A stretch of DNA of 64,000 bases from NCBI GenBank assembly GCA_963675595.2, contig CAXXLZ010000001.1, positions 576,001 to 640,000 of the forward strand, read 5' to 3'. Position numbers and translations under genes: made by a program. The notes beneath the pieces are model-generated. The model was not told the DNA's origin and ran no database searches. It saw only the letters and a program-made list of their open reading frames with translations. The DNA is from Thermodesulfobacteriota bacterium (GTDB lineage: Bacteria > Desulfobacterota > Desulfarculia > JACQYL01). The stretch's first letter is position 1, and the number at the start of each line of letters is the position of its first letter. Shown piece after piece: positions 9,901 through 17,595 of the stretch.

Positions 9901-10830
9901 ATGTACATTTTTAAGACTACATCCGTATGTGCGCGGGAGATTCACTTCGAACTTGATGGAGAAGTGATCCGATGGGTCCGCTTTGTGGGTGGCGGGTGTC
10001 CGGGAAACGCGGATGCGGTGGCGCGACTGCTGGAGGGCAAGACCCTTGATAGCGTGATCCCGATGCTTCGGGGGATCCCCTGCAGGGAAGGCACCTCGTG
10101 CCCAGATCAGCTGGTGCGTGCTTTTGAGTCGGTCCGGGCCGGGACAATGGCTCCCGCTCCCGCGATTCCCGTGGAGTCGGAGACCGAACCGTTGTGCCGG
10201 GTCGCCGTTGTGGCCGACGTCAATGGGAACCTCCGCGCGTTGGAGCGCTTCGCGGGTGTTTTTGAAACCGAAGATGTGCAGGCCGTGTATTGTTTGGGAA
10301 ATCTTGTTGCTCGCGGTATGGATAACGACTCTGTGGTCGGGTGGGTCCGGAAAAGCGGGTGGAGGTGTCTTCAAGGTTCTCTGGACCGGGCGTCCGCTCA
10401 CTTGTGCTCCGGAAACGCGAACGACGATAACGTACCTGTTCTCGAACCCAGAAACCGGGACTTCCTGGTAACCCTCCCACTGATGCGAACCTTTTTGATG
10501 GACACTCGAAAGGTTTTGGCATTTTACGATGGATTCATTCAGGATCTCGAAGGGTTCTCGGACTATGCGCCTTTTTCCACCGAGATCATTCAGGTCTGTG
10601 ATCTCAGTGAATACTTGAGCGACGAAAGCGTGTTTCCCGCTTTGGAGGCTATGACCGGGCAGTTTTCCTCGGATGTGGTGCTTTTCGGACACACCGGGAA
10701 AAACAAACACGTACGGTTGGGAGAGGTGGACTTCGTCAATGTAGGAGCGCTTTCGCTCAGCTCGTCCGGCACCTATACCTTGTTGACCCTCGATAATGGA
10801 AAACTCGTAGTGGAATTCAAACGCATTTGA
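9901..10830 (+). CDS. TSCPD/TIGR03905-like 4-Cys domain fused to a degenerate calcineurin-like metallophosphoesterase domain
   Basis: N-terminus VCAREI...GGCPGN...GIPC..GTSCPDQL. C-terminus ADVNGN, CLGNLV, LQGSLD, FGHT, NVG. Confidence 0.8.
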   Translation: MYIFKTTSVCAREIHFELDGEVIRWVRFVGGGCPGNADAVARLLEGKTLDSVIPMLRGIPCREGTSCPDQLVRAFESVRAGTMAPAPAIPVESETEPLCRVAVVADVNGNLRALERFAGVFETEDVQAVYCLGNLVARGMDNDSVVGWVRKSGWRCLQGSLDRASAHLCSGNANDDNVPVLEPRNRDFLVTLPLMRTFLMDTRKVLAFYDGFIQDLEGFSDYAPFSTEIIQVCDLSEYLSDESVFPALEAMTGQFSSDVVLFGHTGKNKHVRLGEVDFVNVGALSLSSSGTYTLLTLDNGKLVVEFKRI

Positions 10831-10871
10831 GTTGAGAGGTCGCCAAGAGCGGGTTGTATTAGGAGGATCAG

Positions 10872-11150
10872 ATGGCAAGAGTGACAGTGGACGTGCTGCT
10901 GACGGATTTCAGGCAGTGACTGGCCTGCGTCTACATGGCGGAATCGGTAAAGGCTTTACCGAATGAGATACAAGACCTGATCGAAGTAAGAGAGTGGGAC
11001 ATGCGCACAAGGGAGGGAGTGGTCAGGTTCAAGCAATTGAAGGCGAAATCTCTTCCCAGCGTTGCCCTCAACGACGAACTCGTGTTCGAAGCCAATATCC
11101 CTCCTCAGGAAGACCTGATTCAGGCAATTAGGGACCGATACGTCGGATGA
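10872..11150 (+). CDS. Putative selenoprotein, thioredoxin-fold UxxC protein (92 aa, Sec16)
   Basis: SD AGGAGG at 10861 and ATG 10872 give MARVTVDVLLTDFRQ-U-LACVYMAES, in frame with the track ORF at 10935. It aligns with DSVQ-C-AACGYMTEA of 8599..8985. Confidence 0.9.
10944..10962 (+). promoter_or_regulatory. Bacterial SECIS-like hairpin
   Basis: TCGGTAAA-GGC-TTTACCGA, a perfect 8-bp stem with a GG loop 32 nt after the UGA at 10917-10919. Confidence 0.65.
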
Positions 11151-11515
11151 AAGGGGGAAGGTGCGCGGGCATGCGCGCTGCTTTTCACAAGTGTCTTTGC
11201 GTTTCATCACGGAAGGAAGGCGTCGCGAACGGTGCTCTGCCGTACCGGCGATGCCGGAGACGGTTTCTGGAAGGCGGACGACACCCGTGAGGCTTGAGAA
11301 TGCTCTTTGGTGCGGTCGTACCGGCCCGGTCGGCTTTTACGCTGCGGGTGGTTGGAACGGCCCGGAGAGGACGGTGGGGGCTCTTGGCGAATCCTCCGCA
11401 TGCCGAATTCGTCGATTCGGAGTCAAACGAAATTTCGTAACCGGACTTTAGCTTGAAATACAGGGAGTGCCGGGGGAATCCATACGACGGCTGTTTTCCC
11501 CTCGCGAAGGTCTAC

Positions 11516-12499
11516 ATGCTTTTTCTAGAAGAATTCAAAGCGCATGGATTCAAGTCTTATGCGGAGGAAGTCACCGCTTCATTCAATCCCGGGATCGGAG
11601 TGATCATCGGGAACAACGGGGTGGGAAAATCCAACATTCTTGACGCCATCACTTGGGCGTTGGGAGAGGACGATCTTGGGAAACTCAGATGCTACTCCAC
11701 GGAGGACTTGTTCTACACGGGGGGGAAGGACCATCCACGTGCGGAAGAAGTCCGGGTGGAACTGCGTTTCAAAAAGGGACCCGATAAGAACGATGAAAGT
11801 TTCGTGACCTCGCGTTGTCTGGACCGATCCGGAATCGAATCCTATTTCATCGAGGGAGATCGACTTTCCAAGGACGCCTACCGAGAGCGCCTTTTTGAGT
11901 TTGGGCTCGGGGATGCCCTCAAGTCCCTGGTGAGGCAGGAGGAACTCAACGACTTCCTGCAACTGCACCCCTGTGATCGTCTGGAGTACTTTCGGTTCTT
12001 TGTTGAATCATCGGCGGAAGAATCGGACAATGGCGCGGGGATTGAGGCCTTCGACGCCGAGTTTCGCAGACTTTACAGGGGCATGATGGCACGAGGTGAT
12101 GGGCGTGTTTTCATTGATCGGTTCAACGGTCGCTCAGGACTCGAAATAGAGGTGACTTTTCCCGACAAAGGGACCAAGAAGGCACGGTTCCTCTCGGGAG
12201 GTGAGAAAACCGTGGCGTCGCTTGCGGCGAAGCTTGCGCTGTTCGGCAGGCTGCAGTCTCCCTTCTACCTGCTCGACGAGGTGGAACCCTCTCTGGATTG
12301 GACGAACCATCGGAACATGTCCAATTTACTGAAGGACTTGGCAAAACGACGGCAACTGATCATGATCACCCATCTCAGGAGCACCATCGAGGTGGCCGAC
12401 ACGGTTCACGGGGTAAGAACCCAGTTTGACGGCAGCTCGTTTATGAAGTTCCATTTCGTCATGGATAAGAGGTTACTCCGCCTCTACAAATGCTGTTGA
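11516..12499 (+). CDS. Mini SMC-type ABC ATPase (head only, about 327 aa) ending in Cys-Cys
   Basis: GFKSY, Walker A GNNGVGKSN, Q-loop VRQEE, signature LSGGEK, Walker B LLDEVE, H-loop ITH. No long coiled coil or hinge. Confidence 0.85.
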   Translation: MLFLEEFKAHGFKSYAEEVTASFNPGIGVIIGNNGVGKSNILDAITWALGEDDLGKLRCYSTEDLFYTGGKDHPRAEEVRVELRFKKGPDKNDESFVTSRCLDRSGIESYFIEGDRLSKDAYRERLFEFGLGDALKSLVRQEELNDFLQLHPCDRLEYFRFFVESSAEESDNGAGIEAFDAEFRRLYRGMMARGDGRVFIDRFNGRSGLEIEVTFPDKGTKKARFLSGGEKTVASLAAKLALFGRLQSPFYLLDEVEPSLDWTNHRNMSNLLKDLAKRRQLIMITHLRSTIEVADTVHGVRTQFDGSSFMKFHFVMDKRLLRLYKCC

Positions 12500-12538
12500 T
12501 AATCCTTGGGCATTGACTTTGTGGTGCGTAGGAAGGTT

Positions 12539-12844
12539 ATGATGGATTCGGAGAAGGCACTGGACGTCCTGAGTAACATTATTTTCGACAATGCGCTTCC
12601 TCATACGGTCTACATGTTGGTGGGCGTCCGGTGTCCTTATTGTGGAAAGTCCGATCGAATACGACCATTGGAGTCGCCCGGCGAGGTATCCGGCCTGTCC
12701 GAATCGGAGTTCAGGCTTTACCGGGACGCATGGGACGCTTTGACGACGGATGACGGAACGTTGGGGGTCTGCTTTTTCTGTCGTCAGGTGATCGGCCTGG
12801 ACGTCGACTTGTCCCGTGCGGGTGCACTCACGGAACTGGAGTGA
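12539..12844 (+). CDS. Small Zn-ribbon-like protein
   Basis: CPYC and CFFC pairs. Lies within the operon. Confidence 0.65.
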   Translation: MMDSEKALDVLSNIIFDNALPHTVYMLVGVRCPYCGKSDRIRPLESPGEVSGLSESEFRLYRDAWDALTTDDGTLGVCFFCRQVIGLDVDLSRAGALTELE

Positions 12845-12857
12845 GGAGTAGGAATTC

Positions 12858-13931
12858 ATGACGCAACCATCGTCGATTGCAGGCTCGGCCAAAGCCAAGG
12901 TGGTACTGCTGGCGGGGTTTCTGGGGGCGGGAAAGACCACGCTGTTGAAGCGAATCTTATCCTGGGAGGGCGACCTTTCGGACACCGTTGTGCTGGTGAA
13001 TGAGTTCGGCGACGTGGGCATCGACGGAGCTCTGCTTCAGCAAGCGGGTTCCGACGTGATCGAACTGACCAGCGGCTGCATTTGCTGCACGCTGGCGGCC
13101 GACTTAATCCAGAGTCTGAAAGGCATCGCGGAGCGTTTCAATCCGAAACGAATCATGATCGAAGCCACGGGTGTTGCAGATCCCACTTCCATTACGGCCG
13201 TGCTGGATCAGCCTTTCATCAGGGATGTAATGGAGCATCAATCCACGCTGACCGTTCTTGACGCCGATTTCTGGGAGGCGAGGGAAAACTTCGGGCCGCT
13301 GTTTTATCGTCAGTTGAGCGAGGGGGATCTGATTCTTCTCAACAAGATCGACTTGCTCGAACCGGAACAGGTCCCCGTGTTCCTAAAGGAGATTCATCAA
13401 GAGTTTCCCGGTAGTAGGGTAGTGCCTACGGTGCACTGCGCAGTGGACCCGGACACTTTGTGGAATGTGCGATCCAAACGACACGGCGGAACCGAGTTGG
13501 CTCCTTTTTTCCCCACGCTCTCCGTCGAGCAAGGCGATGAGCAGGGAACCGCCGAACACCACCCACATCATCATAGTGATCATCATCACCATGGGCACGA
13601 TCACCACCATGGGCACGATCACCACCATGACTGCGAGTCCCATGCGGGGATTCAGGCCCCGGAGGCGGGATATGTCAGCTTCTATTTTCGGGACGACCGG
13701 CCCTTGGACGAAAGCCTTTTCGCGAGTTTCCTGGCGGAATTACCTTGGGAGGTGTTTCGGGTGAAAGGTCCGGTACGTTTCCCCGACAAGACCTTGTTGG
13801 TGAATTTCGTCGGAGGCAAGGCCGAATGGATCGACTGGGAGGACGTGGGCACAAGCCTTGCCTTTGTCGCTTGGAAAGTGGACTCCCGGGAGATTCTTTC
13901 AAAGCTGGAACGGTGTTTTGCCCCTTCTTGA
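12858..13931 (+). CDS. COG0523/CobW-family G3E GTPase metallochaperone with His-rich insert
   Basis: GFLGAGKTT, VNEFG, GCICC, EATG, LNKID, a His-rich stretch and C-terminal RVKG. Confidence 0.93.
   Translation: MTQPSSIAGSAKAKVVLLAGFLGAGKTTLLKRILSWEGDLSDTVVLVNEFGDVGIDGALLQQAGSDVIELTSGCICCTLAADLIQSLKGIAERFNPKRIMIEATGVADPTSITAVLDQPFIRDVMEHQSTLTVLDADFWEARENFGPLFYRQLSEGDLILLNKIDLLEPEQVPVFLKEIHQEFPGSRVVPTVHCAVDPDTLWNVRSKRHGGTELAPFFPTLSVEQGDEQGTAEHHPHHHSDHHHHGHDHHHGHDHHHDCESHAGIQAPEAGYVSFYFRDDRPLDESLFASFLAELPWEVFRVKGPVRFPDKTLLVNFVGGKAEWIDWEDVGTSLAFVAWKVDSREILSKLERCFAPS
13582..13629 (+). repeat. Tandem 18-bp repeat encoding (HHHGHD)n
   Basis: ATCACCATGGGCACG/ATCACCACCATGGGCACG units, about 2.5 copies. 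Confidence 0.75.
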
Positions 13932-13973
13932 AGGACTGAGGACCGACAATTACCGTCCAGGGAGGAAGAGAAG

Positions 13974-14219
13974 ATGAAAATCCAGGTATTAGGCCCAGGC
14001 TGCAAGAGATGCAATCAACTTTACGACAATGTCGTTGAAGCGGTGAAGAGCCTGAATCTCGCCGACCGGGCAGAGATTGTCAAAGTGGGAGACTTGGACG
14101 TTTTTGCAAAATACGGCGTGTTCACCACGCCCGGTCTGGTCATCGACGAGCAGGTCATATCCGTGGGTAAGCTATTGACCGTTCAGGAAATTGAAAAAGA
14201 GATCAAAGCGAGGATCTAA
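13974..14219 (+). CDS. Small redox-active disulfide protein (MTH895/TM0996 thioredoxin family)
   Basis: MKIQVLGPGCKRC...YGVFTTPGLVID. Confidence 0.9.
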   Translation: MKIQVLGPGCKRCNQLYDNVVEAVKSLNLADRAEIVKVGDLDVFAKYGVFTTPGLVIDEQVISVGKLLTVQEIEKEIKARI

Positions 14220-14221
14220 TC

Positions 14222-15229
14222 ATGGCGGGAAAGACGTTCGTCTTTCTGATCACCGGCTTTTTGGGATCGGGGAAGACCACATTTCTCAACCGGGTTATCC
14301 GCCAATTCCCGGGAGATCGCAAGCTGATGATCCTGATGAATGAATTCGGCGAGGTCGACGTGGACGGTACGCTGGTCGAGGGTGAGGACCTCGATATGGT
14401 GGAGATCAGCAAAGGTTCCATCTTCTGTGCCTGTGTTAAGACCGATTTCGTCAAGGCGCTGAATTCCATCGCCCAGACCATCCGTCCCGACGTGCTGCTC
14501 ATCGAATCCACGGGCGTGGCCAACCCATCCGACTTGAAGAGAGATCTGAGACTATCGATTTTTAAGGATCGATTCCAATTTCAAGAGCAGTTCTGCATGA
14601 TCGACGCCGGTCACTTCCTGGACGCCTACGGTGCCTACCAGTCCATTGAGAAGCAGTTGGCTTCGTCCACGGTTTTCTTGATCAACAAGACGGATACCGC
14701 CGATGGGGGAACCATCGCTCGGATCAAAGAGGTGGTTCGGGAGCACCATCCGGACCCCGTGTTTCACGAAACGACTTTCGCCGAAGTCGATGTAAGTCAT
14801 CTTCTCTTGCCCGGAGAAACCGAGGAAGCGTTCTCGGAAGAGGGACCGGATACACCCATGACTCCGGAAGAACTGGACAGCTACTGTGAAAAATTGTTAG
14901 AAGATCCTGAAGCGCAGGTGACCCCTCCGGACCGTCTTCTTTCCGCGGTGTACCGGTGGGAAGGCGAAAGTATTGATGCCTTCAAGAAAACGGCCGGCAA
15001 TCTTCCTAAAGGGATTGTGCGTTCCAAGGGGTTCCTGGTGGATGGCGAGGAAACGGTCCTGTTCAGTTATGTTCTGGGGGACTGGAAGTTGATGCCGCGA
15101 CAGGTTCCCGACGGAAGGGCGGGGCAGAAAAACCTGATCGTGTTTATCGGTTCCCCGGAGTCCATGGCGGAGCTTGCCGAAAGAGCCTCGGAGGCGAATC
15201 TTTCGCCGGCGCCCAAGAACGAAGCATGA
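14222..15229 (+). CDS. Second COG0523/CobW-family GTPase
   Basis: GFLGSGKTT, MNEFG, variant metal motif GSIFCAC, ESTG, INKTD, RSKG. Confidence 0.9.
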   Translation: MAGKTFVFLITGFLGSGKTTFLNRVIRQFPGDRKLMILMNEFGEVDVDGTLVEGEDLDMVEISKGSIFCACVKTDFVKALNSIAQTIRPDVLLIESTGVANPSDLKRDLRLSIFKDRFQFQEQFCMIDAGHFLDAYGAYQSIEKQLASSTVFLINKTDTADGGTIARIKEVVREHHPDPVFHETTFAEVDVSHLLLPGETEEAFSEEGPDTPMTPEELDSYCEKLLEDPEAQVTPPDRLLSAVYRWEGESIDAFKKTAGNLPKGIVRSKGFLVDGEETVLFSYVLGDWKLMPRQVPDGRAGQKNLIVFIGSPESMAELAERASEANLSPAPKNEA

Positions 15230-15266
15230 CCACTCAAAGCGTCCCAAAACGGAACTGGAGAACGGA

Positions 15267-15566
15267 ATGATTACGGTGATTGCTACGCTGGAAGCCAAAG
15301 AAGGAAAGGAAGAAGCTCTGGAGAAGGCCCTGTCGCAGATCATTGAGCCCACGAGAAAAGAGGGCGGTTGCATCAACTACGATTTGCACCGCACATTGGA
15401 CAACCCGAAGGTGTTCGTGTTCTATGAAAATTGGACGGGTCGCGCCGAGCTGGACGCCCATTTGAGCGCCCCTCATATGGTGGATTTCATCGGCAAGGCG
15501 AAGGAGCTTCTCGCGCGGCCTTTGGATGTCTCTTTGCTCGAAATGCTCTCCGAACCCGCCTCATAA
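15267..15566 (+). CDS. Antibiotic biosynthesis monooxygenase (putative quinol monooxygenase) family protein
   Basis: TRKEGGCINYDLH...FVFYENW...LDAHL..PH. Start behind GGAG. Confidence 0.85.
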   Translation: MITVIATLEAKEGKEEALEKALSQIIEPTRKEGGCINYDLHRTLDNPKVFVFYENWTGRAELDAHLSAPHMVDFIGKAKELLARPLDVSLLEMLSEPAS

Positions 15567-15668
15567 TCACGCCGACTGATCCACGCCCTCGTCGCCTTCC
15601 GGTACACGCCGCGACGGGGGCCGAGTTTTTGTCCCGTATTTTGAGTTCACCGCATCAAGCGTAATAGA

Positions 15669-16562
15669 ATGGACCCCAAGGATAACCCTTCGCGACCGGA
15701 TCGGAAACCGCCGTGGCTCAAGCGACGGTTATCGGCGGGAGAGGTGCGGGACGAAGTTCGGGGGCTTCTTAAGGAGAGCTCCCTGCACACGGTCTGCGAG
15801 GCCGCTCGATGCCCCAACCTATCCGAGTGTTTCTCTCGGAGGACGGCCACCGTTCTGATTCTGGGCGACCGCTGCACGCGCAACTGTGCGTTTTGCGCTG
15901 TTGAACACGGCGCTGCGAATCCGCCGGATCCCGAAGAACCGAATCGCGTGGCCGACTTGAGCACGAAACTGGGGTTACGGTACATCGTGGTGACCTCCGT
16001 GACCCGAGACGACTTGGCGGACGGCGGAGCCCACCAATTCGCCGAAACCATCCGCGCGATCCGGACGCGGATGCCCTCGACCGGTGTGGAGGTTCTGGTG
16101 CCGGATTTTCAGGGGTCGGAAGGCTCATTGCGGGTTGTGCTCGAGGCGGGTCCCGACGTGCTGAACCACAACATGGAAACCGTTCCTCGACTCTATTCAG
16201 AGGTACGTCGCGGAGCGGACTACCGCCGGTCCTTGAGATTGCTTCGTTCAGCCTCCGATTTCTCCTCTTCGGCGACCAAGTCCGGTCTTATGTTGGGGCT
16301 CGGTGAGACGGCCGAAGAAGTCCGAGGAGCCATGGCGGATCTTGTTGAGGCGGGTTGTCGCATCCTGACCCTTGGCCAGTATCTCAGACCCTCACCGAGC
16401 CACTATCCGGTGAAACGGTATGTGCACCCCGAGGAGTTTGAAAAGTGGGAGGGGGAAGGGCGCGATATGGGGTTCGAGGCCGTGACCGCAGGGCCTTTCG
16501 TCCGGAGTTCCTATCGAGCGGGCGAAGTGTTTCAAACCCTGCTTTCGCGAAATCGGGATTGA
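15669..16562 (+). CDS. lipA: Lipoyl synthase
   Basis: KPPWLK, TVCEAARCPNLSEC, CTRNCAFC, TSVTRDDL, GQYLRP, VRSSY. Confidence 0.96.
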   Translation: MDPKDNPSRPDRKPPWLKRRLSAGEVRDEVRGLLKESSLHTVCEAARCPNLSECFSRRTATVLILGDRCTRNCAFCAVEHGAANPPDPEEPNRVADLSTKLGLRYIVVTSVTRDDLADGGAHQFAETIRAIRTRMPSTGVEVLVPDFQGSEGSLRVVLEAGPDVLNHNMETVPRLYSEVRRGADYRRSLRLLRSASDFSSSATKSGLMLGLGETAEEVRGAMADLVEAGCRILTLGQYLRPSPSHYPVKRYVHPEEFEKWEGEGRDMGFEAVTAGPFVRSSYRAGEVFQTLLSRNRD

Positions 16563-16654
16563 TGCGACCCTCGCGTGGAAGAGCGCGTCGGGTGACCGGT
16601 GCCGTTCCGCCTCGACAGTTTTAAATCGTCACATTCGGGAGTCCTATCCAAGCC

Positions 16655-17518
16655 ATGGGAAAGCCCAAGATTCCTCCGGCGCAAGTGAAGAAAGCCTATG
16701 TGGAAACGAGGCAAGGACAGGTCCACTTGCGATTTACGGAAGGCGGGGTGGGTACCCCGCTGGTCTTCCTTCATCGTATTCCTTCAACATCGGCCTCCTT
16801 CGAGGGGATGCTCGGATTGCTCGGGGGAAAGTACCGACTGACGGCGCCGGACCTGCCGGGCTTCGGCGGTTCCTTCGTCCCCAAATCTCCGTTTTCAGTG
16901 GACCAACATGCCGAAGTGCTTCTTGAGGCTTTGGCTGCAAGAGGCATTCAGCACTTCCATCTTTTGGGCGTTCAGGCCGGAGCCGGGGTTGCCGTGGGAA
17001 TGGCCGCCTCACGGCCGGATCGGGTGAAGAGCTTGATGTTGGCGGCGCCCGTTTGGAGAGTCGGCCAAACGGTTCCGGAAGCGTACCTGAAGCTCACCGA
17101 CTCGGTGCCGATCCTTGCCGACGGAGGGCACTTGGTTCGACTCTGGAGCCGGTGCTTGGATGCGGACCCGGGAGGCGATCCTCACACGACCCACAAGGTG
17201 ACCCTGGATTCCGCAGGTGGGTGCGAGCGAATCGGACAGGTGCGAGAGGCCCTGCTCGCCCATGATACGGAACGGGTTTTCACCGGCTTACGCTGCCCGG
17301 TTCTCTTGCTCTGCGGAACCCTCGACCCTCTGTTTCCCTTTTTCGAAGCCCTGTGTGCGCGATTCCCCGTGCTCCGATACTCGGCTATGACCCACTGCGG
17401 AGCCTATGCCGCGGAACTGTGCGCCGAACACATCGTAGTGGAGATTCAAGACTTCCTGAGCAGCTTGGCTTGCGGGGCCGCCCACGCTTGTCCGTCCGAG
17501 AAGGTGAAGTTCGGGTGA
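16655..17518 (+). CDS. Alpha/beta hydrolase fold protein, catalytic motifs degenerate
   Basis: PLVFLH, APDLPGFGGS, GVQAG in place of GxSxG, CPVLLLCGTLD. Confidence 0.8.
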   Translation: MGKPKIPPAQVKKAYVETRQGQVHLRFTEGGVGTPLVFLHRIPSTSASFEGMLGLLGGKYRLTAPDLPGFGGSFVPKSPFSVDQHAEVLLEALAARGIQHFHLLGVQAGAGVAVGMAASRPDRVKSLMLAAPVWRVGQTVPEAYLKLTDSVPILADGGHLVRLWSRCLDADPGGDPHTTHKVTLDSAGGCERIGQVREALLAHDTERVFTGLRCPVLLLCGTLDPLFPFFEALCARFPVLRYSAMTHCGAYAAELCAEHIVVEIQDFLSSLACGAAHACPSEKVKFG

Positions 17519-17595
17519 GCGGCTGTTCCGTGCTGTGCGGCTCGGGGCATCCGCGAAAATCTTCCTCGTGGATCAACGTCGATACAGGAGAAATC

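Noticed and set aside
11455-11505. AGGGAGTGCCGGGGGAATCC resembles the 5' part of a cobalamin riboswitch
   Set aside because: It lacks the downstream conserved elements (CCCGCnRCTGT, GCCACTG, GGGAAG, B12 box) before the start codon.
11516-12499. Wadjet/condensin or other defence-system interpretation of the SMC-like ATPase
   Set aside because: There is no coiled coil, hinge, kleisin, KITE or nuclease partner, and the neighbours are redox and metal genes.
12842-16562. Other TGA stops (12844, 13931, 15229, 16562) as Sec codons
   Set aside because: The proteins appear complete at these positions and no Cys-equivalent motif supports recoding.
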